This document shows positions 54,382 to 64,000 of a stretch of 64,000 nucleotides of DNA, one piece after another. Under the pieces are notes generated by a model. It saw only the letters and a list, made by a program, of their open reading frames with translations, was not told the origin of the DNA and did not search any database. The number at the start of each line of letters is the position of its first letter. Positions within the stretch are counted from its first letter, which is position 1. The stretch comes from Octopus bimaculoides. Taxonomy: Eukaryota. Both the position numbers and the translations under genes were made by a program. The DNA is taken from contig NC_068995.1 of the NCBI RefSeq assembly GCF_001194135.2, positions 50,154,852-50,218,851 on the forward strand. Reading direction: 5' to 3'.

Positions 54382-55577
54382 GTAAATATAATTTATATCA
54401 CTTTGTCACTGTGTCAACTAGGTTATCAGATGTGGTTATACACCGCTAGTCACAATACACTTTCTCACATTATTATAGCTTTTGAATGATGTCACTCTGT
54501 GGCCAACATTATCTCTGAAAGGAAGGTCAGCGCATTTCAGGGTTACTTGCTTACAGCTTACTGGACTGGAGCTGTGTGAAATGAAGTGTTTGGCTTAAGA
54601 ACACAATGCACTACTGGTCTGAGAATTGAAACCATGATCTTGTGATTGTGAATGCAACACCCTAGCCACCCTAGCAGTGTCATTCGTTTCCAGTCTTCTA
54701 CAAAAACATGTCTGGTTGTAGGAAGATGTTGCCTTGCTTAGAAACAAGTGAGCGCTAGTGACAGGAAAGGCATCCAACTGTAGTAAATCTGCCTCAACGA
54801 ATTCTGTCTAACCCATGCAAGTAAGGAAAAGTGAATATTAGAACAATGATGATGATGATGATATTGATGGTGATGACATAGGCTGTATATTATGCTGGAA
54901 GCATAATCATGAAAATATTAAAGTTTCAACTTATGTTGACTTTTATATGAAGCTGTGTGGAATGACAACATTCCTAATTGTGGTTAAGATTGCAGCATAA
55001 CATGTTCAATACATTAACACTTCTGCCTACCAAACCACTATAATAATGATGATAATGATACTGGTGGTGGTGATGGAATTTTCCTTTAAACTTTTAAGTA
55101 TGGTTACTCCAGATGCAGCACAGAATTTTGTCAGTGAACAGGTCGCGGTCTCAAAGCGACGAAAATATTTTGACAAATTAAATTTAAATGTTGAAGTGAA
55201 TCTAACGGTTTTTGTGTGTTATTTTAAATGGCTTATAAACACCTTCTACGCTGCAGATGTTAACTATCTTATAAAGAAAAAAAAAGAAAAAATAGAATCG
55301 GTATTTTCTGCAAGTCACATTGCCTTAATAAACTTGACATATCTAAACAGAAAATAGCTTCAAACATGACTTTCCTCAACAAAAGAGAGACTGGTATATA
55401 AAATTGCTTTCTGTAGTTAAAGATTATCAAGTTCTAAGTGGATATATTTGATTTGTGCAGTAAAAGGGTTAATTTTTAGCCTAATCTTTTCTGGATTGTC
55501 ACACATTTAATTTCAAACTGTTTTTTTTCCTTCATCAATTTATTCTTATATTTATTTTTTCCTTTCATCAACAACAG

Positions 55578-55873
55578 ATGGAAAAAATCAAAGCCTGTTC
55601 CAGTAACATCACTGTCATCCCAACCAACTATTCTCAAAAGAAAACCTATAAATATCAGCAGATTAGATCTGAATCCACAAAACTTTGCTGGGCAGCAAAA
55701 TCCTGTCTATACAGTGCCAACTGTAATACAAACAGTTCCAAGCAGAAATCCAATTTCATATGAGAGGCAATCAAACAGGCCCCCTAACAAAGTTTGGCCA
55801 CCTCTTGGTCAGTTTTTAACGATGAATGATTCAGTTATGTGGTATCCAGTTGAGAATGCTACTGTTGTCCCTG
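55578..55873 (+). CDS. Unknown membrane protein, cytoplasmic exon
   Basis: acaacag|a WKKSKPVPVTSLSSQPTILKRKP...NPVYTVP...ISYERQSNRPPNKVWPPLG...MWYPVENATVVP g|gtaagt; 98 stop-free codons in AT-rich DNA, phase 2/1, matching the previous donor. Confidence 0.75.
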
Positions 55874-56932
55874 GTAAGTAAGATAACGTAATTTTGATTG
55901 ATTGGTTCAATCGTATTTCCTGTGATTACTCAGTCATTACATAGTTGAGATAAAATAGTTTCTTTGGTTCCTTAGTTTGGTTTAACCATTATGACTAAAG
56001 CTGTACTGAAATGTTGATGGAGCGGAGAATATTTGGGGTGTATTTTTGTTATTTGTAAGCTAGTTAGAAGGGGAGGGAGCAGGCAGTACTCATGGCTATT
56101 GCAGGACTTCCCGGCCTGGTGAGATTGATGCATTCAATGTTTGGCATCAACATTTTGTAGGTCAATGTTTGCAAGAAGAGCATGTGTGAAGAAGGAATTC
56201 CAAGTGATTGCCATCCTGGGGAAGGAAGAGAGAATTTGGCGAAGTGTTTGGTGAGGCTTCTTAAAAGTTAAAAGTTAGACACAATGGTGGAGAGAGGAAC
56301 ATAAATAGTTGAGTTGGGTGAGCTTGCATGGCAAGGGTGTGTGTGTGTGGTAAGGGTGAGCTTGTATGGCAATGGTATGCAGTTACCTAACTTACAAGTG
56401 TGATGATGGGACCACCATTGCCACATGTGTGAAGTAGATTGCAAAATACAGTAATATAAGACAGTCTCCATTGGTCAAAAGCTAATCATGTATCTGGACG
56501 TGTATACCCAAGTCTAGCAAGACTTTTATATGCTTTGAGTTCTACAGTTTTGAATTAATATATAAATGTGTGTGTGTGTGAGTGTATGTACATATGTGTG
56601 TGTGTGTATATATATATATTTCGAAACGTCTAGTTAGAATAGAGACAGCTAATGAAGGGATATTCCAAGTGGCTTTCCGTTTTCCATGTGTTCGTTCCGT
56701 TGTCTGTAGTTCATTGTTCTAACGTCCTGTGCCCTGATATGCATATATATACACATGTAGATGTATGTACATATGTGTGTATACATGTATATATACATGT
56801 ATATATATTCTTTGTATATATATATATGCACACACACATACACACATTCTAAAAGTGGTGTTAACAACCTGGTTAATTATAATTTGCTGTTTCTTTGTAT
56901 TATGTTTATTTTTTATTTTATTTTTTTTCCAG

Positions 56933-56948
56933 CCAGACAACAAGCTCA
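56933..56948 (+). CDS. 16-nt micro-exon
   Basis: Long poly-T tract ...ttttttttccag|CCAGACAACAAGCTCA|gtaagt; phase 1/2. Confidence 0.65.
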
Positions 56949-57295
56949 GTAAGTAATATCTTCATATATTTGTCTGTCATTTATTCTATAGCTTTTTTGT
57001 CTGCAACTGTTGTTAGAAGGTGTGTAGTATGTGATGAAATTTATTATCTATTTTTTTTTTCTCATTTTTGTTAATAAATTGGACAATGGAGTACAAATGT
57101 GTATTGATGGCCTTTCCTGTTCCTTAAAGACTAGTGAGATGGATATGGCCTGGGCATCTGTGGATAAATGTTTGCAAGATGGATGCAAGTAAGGAGGGAT
57201 CTGGGGATCTACTAGTCAGGTTTTACTCACACAGTGTCAACATGAAGACATGTTGCAACACCCACACACACATACACACTCACGTCTGTGTGTGA

Positions 57296-57330
<35 letters not shown>

Positions 57331-57823
57331 NNNNNNNNNNTGGGCTAGATGGTTTAACCGGGCTGGCATGCTGGAAGGCTGCGCCAGGCTCCAGTCTAGT
57401 TTGGCATGGTTTTCTACAGCTGGATGCCCTTTCTAATGTCGACCACTCTGAGAGTGTAATAGACACTTTTACATTCCACCAGCATGGGTGCCAATTTGCG
57501 TGACACCAGTGCTAAAATTTGAAACCAATATTATATATCTTGTAAGTGGGGAGCTGGCAAAATGGCTAGTACGTTGGGTAAGTGGTATTTCGTCCAACTT
57601 TATGTTCTGAGTTTATATTCTGCCAAAGTAGACTTTGCCCTTCATCCTTTTCAGGATCAATAAATGAATACCAGCTGAATACTTAGGTTGATGTGAATGA
57701 CTTATCCCCTCCCTTGGCATTGCTGGCCTTGTGCCAAAATTTGAAATTAATGTTACATATTTTGACTTTCATTAAAACAATTACTAAACAGTTTTTTTCT
57801 TTTTTTCTTTTTAACTCTTTCAG

Positions 57824-57830
57824 GAACTCA
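57824..57830 (+). CDS. 7-nt micro-exon
   Basis: actaaac branch-like motif, then gtttttttctttttttctttttaactctttcag|GAACTCA|gtgagt; phase 2/0. Confidence 0.65.
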
Positions 57831-58018
57831 GTGAGTACAATTTTATATTTTTCTCATAATTCATAACTTTATAAAATGTGTTACTATATAAAAATAGATT
57901 AAAACAAAAACAAACATTGAATAATTCTTTTATTGGAGATAGCACTCACTAATATAACAACAAACCAACAAAGTAGATTGTTGATTTTAACATAATTTAT
58001 TTCATATCTCTTTTTCAG

Positions 58019-58099
58019 AAAGAAAGACCTGAATATTTGAAGAGACAGAGAGACCCAGGCTTTGGATCAGTAGAAATTTTACCTGATTATGATGATGAT
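58019..58099 (+). CDS. Unknown membrane protein, 81-nt exon
   Basis: tctctttttcag|KERPEYLKRQRDPGFGSVEILPDYDDD|gtatgt; only phase 0 is open, the other two frames hit TGA. Confidence 0.7.
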
Positions 58100-58956
58100 G
58101 TATGTTATTGATATGATATGAATTGGTGTTAGATTTTAAGGAATAGCAGAGAGGAACAACAAGATGGGGGTGGAATGAAGAGAAAGAAATTTTTAAGGAG
58201 TTCACATGAATAATGTGAGAAAAAGATGCATATATATATATGTGTGTGTGTGTGTGTCTGTATACATGTATGTATGTATGTCTGTCTGTATGTATCTCTC
58301 TCTCTCTCTTTATATAAATACACACACACATGCATTTACACACATACACACGCATGCACATGAACACTCATGCACAAATGCACTCACGCACACACACGCA
58401 TGCACACACACACGTGTGCGCATACGCACACATGCCAGGATTCTTTCAGTTTCAGTCTTTTGAACCCATTTACAAGGCTTTGGTTGATCCAAGGCTGTTG
58501 TAGAAGACACTTGGCCCATGTGCCATTCGGTGGGACTGAACCTGAAAGCATGAGGTCTGGAAAGCAAACCCTTTTAACTGCACAGCCATGCATGTGTGTG
58601 TGTGTGTATCATCATCATAACATACATATAACATAAAGTAATATATATCTATAATATAACAAGGATACAGCAATGAGTTCTTAAAATTATTACTGCACCA
58701 GACAAAATGCTTAGCACCATTTCTACTGACTCTTTATGTTTCTGAGTTCAAATGCTGCTGAGGTTAGCTTTGATTTTTGTCCTTTTGGGGGGTCGACTAA
58801 ATAACAGTGTAATCGACACCGTCCACCTCCCAAAATCGTTGTCCTTGTGCTATAATTAGAAAGAATACACTTGTCTGGTTAAAGATAATTCTGCTATCAC
58901 TTTTTATTTTTACAAGAATATTTAAGGATATATATATATACACATATATATATATA

Positions 58957-60046
58957 TGAGGTGGTAACAAAAAGTTCCAGGAGTAGTTATGTTTAATAAA
59001 AAATAACTTATTCACTTGAGTTTTAACATCATCTCCTTCGAAATAGTCACCTTGTGACAGCAACACACTGGTTCCAGTGTTCCTGCCATTTTTGGAATCC
59101 AGTATCGAATCCAGAATTCTGGCCAAAATAGGATTAATGTAATGTAATATAAAGCTGAAGCAAATTAACACCAAATATACAGTGCATGTGTTTTTATTGG
59201 CTAAACTGGCAATATGACCATCCCCAAGTACAACAACATCTGTTTCAACACACGATTTCACATCAAAAATCTTGCAAAACAAATATATAGTATGGAAGTT
59301 GTTTTCCGTAATTGAGTTGAGGACCTTCTGTGATTCACTCTAGATCTCGATAACAGTGTTAAAATGGCAACCTTTGAGCTGCATTTTCATCTTGAGGAAG
59401 AGATGGAAGTCTGCAGGTGCTAAATCTGGCAAATAGGATGGGTGCAGAAGCAATACCATGTTGTTTTTGGTGAGAAACTCATGAGTGAGGAGAGATTGGT
59501 GACATGGTGAATTATCGCCATGAAGAATCCAGTTCTTCATGTTCCAGAGATCTGGTTGCTTTTGCTCCTTCAAACGCTTCAAAACATTGCAGTAGAACTC
59601 TTAATTGACGGTCTGGCCCTGGGGGGATGAATTCTCAATGAACAATACCATGGATGTTGAAAAAAATAATAAGCATGACCTTGATTGAGCTGCAGCACTG
59701 TCATGTGGTCATGCCACTGGAAGCATTGTGTACGACCCATTAACTCATCGGCATAAGCTTGCAGAAGCAACTTCAATGGCTCCGCAGTAGACTTCCCAAG
59801 TTTAATGCAAAATTTCACGTTGGCTCTTTGTTCCAACTTCCTGTCCATGACAAAAAATTGCAAACTATAGCATACATGTGATCACAAAAACACAAATTGC
59901 ACAACTTGCGAAGTAAACACAGTGATGTCACTTGGCACACTACACCATGAAGGTCACTGTTATCTCACACTGCATACACAACCATGTGCTGCCATCTGTT
60001 GGTGTGCTACAGAATTAGTTCGGGAACTTTTTGATACCCACTCCTA
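58957..60046 (-). mobile_element. Internally deleted mariner element with a nested insertion
   Basis: TIRs gaggtggtaacaaaaagttcc / ggaactttttgatacccactcc, next to TA. Remnants LEQRANVKFCIKLGKS, WILHGDNSPCH, HPSYLPDLAPADFHLF and QGDYFEGD. Confidence 0.88.
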
Positions 60047-60068
60047 TGTAGTTTTATATGTAAATACA

Positions 60069-60146
<78 letters not shown>

Positions 60147-61739
60147 NNNNNNNNNNNNNNNNNNNNNNNNNNNNNNNNNNNNNNNNNNNNNNNNNNNNNN
60201 NNNNNNNNNNNNNNNNNNNNNNNNNNNNNNNNNNNNNNNNNNNNNNNNNNNNNNNNNNNNNNNNNNNNNNNNNNNNNNNNNNNNNNNNNNNNNNNNNNNN
60301 NNNNNNNNNNNNNNNNNNNNNNNNNNNNNNNNNNNNNNNNNNNNNNNNNNNNNNNNNNNNNNNNNNNNNNNNNNNNNNNNNNNNNNNNNNNNNNNNNNNN
60401 NNNNNNNNNNNNNNNNNNNNNNNNNNNNNNNNNNNNNNNNNNNNNNNNNNNNNNNNNNNNNNNNNNNNNNNNNNNNNNNNNNNNNNNNNNNNNNNNNNNN
60501 NNNNNNNNNNNNNNNNNNNNNNNNNNNNNNNNNNNNNNNNNNNNNNNNNNNNNNNNNNNNNNNNNNNNNNNNNNNNNNNNNNNNNNNNNNNNNNNNNNNN
60601 NNNNNNNNNNNNNNNNNNNNNNNNNNNNNNNNNNNNNNNNNNNNNNNNNNNNNNNNNNNNNNNNNNNNNNNNNNNNNNNNNNNNNNNNNNNNNNNNNNNN
60701 NNNNNNNNNNNNNNNNNNNNNNNNNNNNNNNNNNNNNNNNNNNNNNNNNNNNNNNNNNNNNNNNNNNNNNNNNNNNNNNNNNNNNNNNNNNNNNNNNNNN
60801 NNTATATACACACACACATATAAACGCACACACACACATACACATATAAACACACACACATATATATATAGTTAAAAAAAGACAAAAAACAATAACAAAA
60901 AACAACAACGTGAGGACGTGATACGGATAGTCTTATTAGACGCTCGGGAAAGGAAAGAGAGAGAACACACATATATATATATACATGTGTGTGTGTATAT
61001 TCTTTTATTCTTTTATTTGTTTCCGTTATTTGGCTGTGGCCATGCTGGAGCACTGCCTTTAGTCGAACAAATTGACCCTAGGACTTATTCTTTGTAAGCT
61101 CAGTACTTATTCTATATATACATATATATACCCAACTCCTTATTTTCCCAGCAGTTCTTCAATATATTTTATCATAAGTTGACTCTTCATATATCTTGTA
61201 ATTTTGTAGTGCACCTGAGCACTATATGCAAGAAGTTCATTGTATATGACTAAAGAAAGTTCCTTCTACACACCTTCTTTATATCACTTTCTAATTTTGC
61301 CAAATAATATAAAAATAATAATATACAGTATTTATTCCTGAAAATAATGTATATCATATTTGTGTTACACCTACAAAATATTTACATGTAAAAGTAACAA
61401 AACATAAAATATAAAACATGGATATTGTCAAATGGTTTGTAGATTTATTGGATACAATTTTAAAAACAATCAAATAGAGAATGCACTCACACACATACAA
61501 GTAAAGATTACATATGATCATATATATATATATATATATATCGTCATCATCATCATCATCATCATCATTTAACGTCCATTGTCGATGCTGGTATGGGTTG
61601 GATGGTTTGACTGGGCTGGCACACTGGAAGGCTGTGCCAGGTTCCAGTGTGATTTGGCATGGTTTTCTACAGCTGGATGCCCTTCCTAACACCAACCACT
61701 TTGAGAGCGTAATGTGTGCTTATACTTGTCTCCTAGCTT

Positions 61740-62260
61740 CCCTTCTGGTTATCTGATACAGTTCCATGCTACCCCAACTCTTTTGGGCCTTCCAGGCCTN
61801 NNNNNNNNNGATTTGGCATGGTTTTCTACAGCTGGATGTCCTTCCTAACACCAACCACTTTGAGAGCGTAATGTGTGCTTATACCTGTCTCCTAGCTTCC
61901 CTTCTGGCTATCTGATACAGTTCCATGCTACCCCAACTCTTTTGGGCCTTCCAGGCCTGTTTCCTCGCTCTAACAGCCCTGTCTACGGTATTGTTCCACC
62001 ACCACATTATCCTAGGTCTGGAAGGGACTTTGCACCAGCCACAGATTTGGTCTGTGGCACTCAGCAAGCTATCCCACAGGAATTCCCAGTTGCCCACTAT
62101 GTCACAAGTTTGTAGCTGCTCCTCTCTCTCATCAAATTTCTCAATTAGGATGTCCCTAAATCTCTGACCATATGAAAGGTCCTTAAGCTTTCAAATCCTT
62201 TTCCATATTGGTCTGCTTCTTGACATTGTTCTGGCCTGGAGACTAAAGTTGCTAATATAT
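61740..62260 (-). mobile_element. RTE LINE ORF fragment
   Basis: DQICGWCKVPSRPRIMWWWNNTVDRAVRARKQAWKA...ELYQIARREARRQV. Confidence 0.7.
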
Positions 62261-62451
62261 ACTCTGCTGAGTGGTTGGGGTTAGGAAGGGCATCCAGCTG
62301 TAAAAATCCTGCCAAAACTGCCACAGAAATCTGGTGCAGGCTTTGGCCTGGCCAGCTCTTGTGAAACCATCCCACTCATGCTAGCATGGAAGGCAGACTT
62401 TAAATGATGATGATGCTAATGGTATAAGAAAAAGAATTCATATTGTTACAG

Positions 62452-62477
62452 AATTATTCTGGTGTTGTCTACAGAAA
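62452..62477 (+). CDS. Candidate 26-nt exon
   Basis: catattgttacag|NYSGVVYR aa|gtaatt; supplies the phase 0 to 2 shift the next exon needs; weaker donor. Confidence 0.4.
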
Positions 62478-62551
62478 GTAATTTTATTGGTAAAAATGTG
62501 AAGAACATTAGAGCACATTTCCTTGGCAAATTTCAGATTATCGTTTTTCAG

Positions 62552-62643
62552 CCTTCAACCATATTCCATTCTCTGCAAAAAGAAATATTTGCCCTCCTAT
62601 CTTAAGAGGAACCTAGAAAGAGAATTACCAGGAAATAAAGTCA
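62552..62643 (+). CDS. Candidate 92-nt exon
   Basis: cgtttttcag|c LQPYSILCKKKYLPSYLKRNLERELPGNKV a|gtaagc; only phase 2 is open; an in-frame alternative acceptor exists at 62537. Confidence 0.55.
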
Positions 62644-62736
62644 GTAAGCATTGAGATATTTCAATTGCTGATGAATGATGAAGTGTAACAATCAATATCA
62701 TGCGACTAATTAATGATACCTTTTAAAAAATTTCAG

Positions 62737-62749
62737 ATTCAGTCAAAAG
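62737..62749 (+). CDS. Candidate 13-nt micro-exon
   Basis: gactaat branch-like motif ~26 nt upstream, tttcag|ATTCAGTCAAAAG|gtaaaa. Confidence 0.45.
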
Positions 62750-62882
62750 GTAAAATCTTCTAATTTTTATAACAGTTACAAAAACTCATTTATAAGTGAA
62801 GAATTCTTACCTTGTCCAATGAAAATTTAGATTTCAAATAGTCAAAGTCATCACACAACACTTAAAATTCACTTTACTTCAG

Positions 62883-62925
62883 AAGATGCATTAACACTTC
62901 AAATGTCGATTTCCTATATCCCCAG
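62883..62925 (+). CDS. Candidate 43-nt exon
   Basis: actttacttcag|...ccccag|gtgagt (tandem CAGAAG acceptor). Open in phase 2 (RCINTSNVDFLYPQ) and phase 1 (DALTLQMSISYIP); phase 0 is closed. Confidence 0.5.
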
Positions 62926-64000
62926 GTGAGTTCCAAATTCATTTCTAACTATACTAGTGGGGCTGAGGGTACAGTAATAAACTATGCATTCAGCCAGCCA
63001 ACATGCAATCCAGTTTCAATTCCCAGTTGTATCGTCTAGACTTACCTCATTAATTGCATTGGAAAAAAATGTTATGATTCTGCTGAAAGGAACGAAGATC
63101 ACGTCTTTCCTAAGATTATCTGAGGTGTCCAGAATTCCCAGTGGAATAATGTGTTACATTTTATTTCGTTTGTGATTTTGCATTAAGGTAACAGTAATAA
63201 ATGTTTCATGAAAGAGATTCTATTAAATAGGAGATTATTAAAAACAATAATATTCTTCTACATATTTATCTCAGCTGAAGTTTAAAATAAATAAACTTAA
63301 AATGCAGATGTAGACTTCCAACAATTAACAAATGTAATTTGAAGTTGAATGGTTTGTAGTAAGAAAGACGTCCAGATTTCTTACAAAATTAGTGTGCAAA
63401 ATATTCTGAGAAAAAGTATTTTTTTCACTACAACATCACACACACATACACACATATATACACACAGGTGTATCTGTAGTAACCTGAGCTACTACAGATA
63501 GCAGCCAAACCTCTCTTAAAACACAGCCTTTCGTCAAAAGAAAGACACAGATTTACAGTATTTCAAGAAGAAGAAAAAAAGCAAAACTATGCAATGACTC
63601 TACTACATCAGAGGCAAATCTGGGCTAAACAAAACACAAATATACTTCACATTAGATTATCTACTAAATAATACTAATAAAGTTGACGGTATATCTTCAA
63701 AGTTTCATTCCCTCATAAAACTCCATGTATTCTAAACATTTTCTCATTATGTTCTATGTAAGACGTAAAGATAAGGGAAGCAGAGTTGCAGAAAACATAC
63801 TTTATTCGGTTGCTGAAAGATTATGGAAACATTTTGATACCTCACACGTCAAAATCGACAACCAGGTTTTCAAATCCATAAGGAACATATGTGCGCACAC
63901 ACACATACACACACGCACAAACTCTGTTTTATATATTAAGATTTCATATTCATATTATCTTACCTCGGTTTCCGGAGATTTCACAAATTTATATTTTCTG

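Noticed and set aside
61650-61960. ~145-bp direct duplication either side of a 10-N gap
   Set aside because: Near-identical contig ends across a minimal gap; most likely an unmerged assembly overlap.
62883-62925. Synaptotagmin/C2-domain call for the novel gene
   Set aside because: TLQMSISYIP only loosely resembles a C2 first strand, and the alternative frame is equally open; no gene symbol assigned.
63014-63190. Terminal exon of the plus-strand gene
   Set aside because: Three acceptors (63014, 63027, 63040) give different short C-termini and I cannot choose between them from sequence alone.
62805-63280. Minus-strand donor and acceptor motifs suggesting an antisense gene
   Set aside because: Frames close quickly and no consistent exon chain forms.

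Overview
AT-rich, repeat-dense animal genomic DNA from a gapped draft assembly. The tRNA-derived SINE families, RTE tails and microsatellite load look like an octopus/coleoid cephalopod genome; the species is inferred, not proven. No prokaryotic features are present. Two genes lie head-to-head around a CpG-richer zone at ~38-42.8 kb. (1) INTS14/VWA9 (Integrator subunit 14) is on the minus strand: six coding exons with canonical, phase-consistent splice sites run from 36980 down to 5399, the 3' end lies beyond the window start, and exon 5 carries a 12-Ala tract. (2) A plus-strand gene I do not recognise, missed by the ORF track, can be built by hand from splice sites. It encodes an N-terminal transmembrane helix, a juxtamembrane Cys/basic patch and a Pro/Tyr-motif-rich tail. 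Its frame stays open only if a 16-nt and a 7-nt micro-exon are both included, and a further cluster of 13-92 nt exons sits at ~62.5-62.9 kb. The rest is SINEs, decayed LINEs (CR1/L2-like, RTE, BovB-like, REL-type), Tc1, mariner, hAT and piggyBac-like elements, a Helitron fragment and microsatellites. Most long ORFs in the track are microsatellite or N-gap artefacts.
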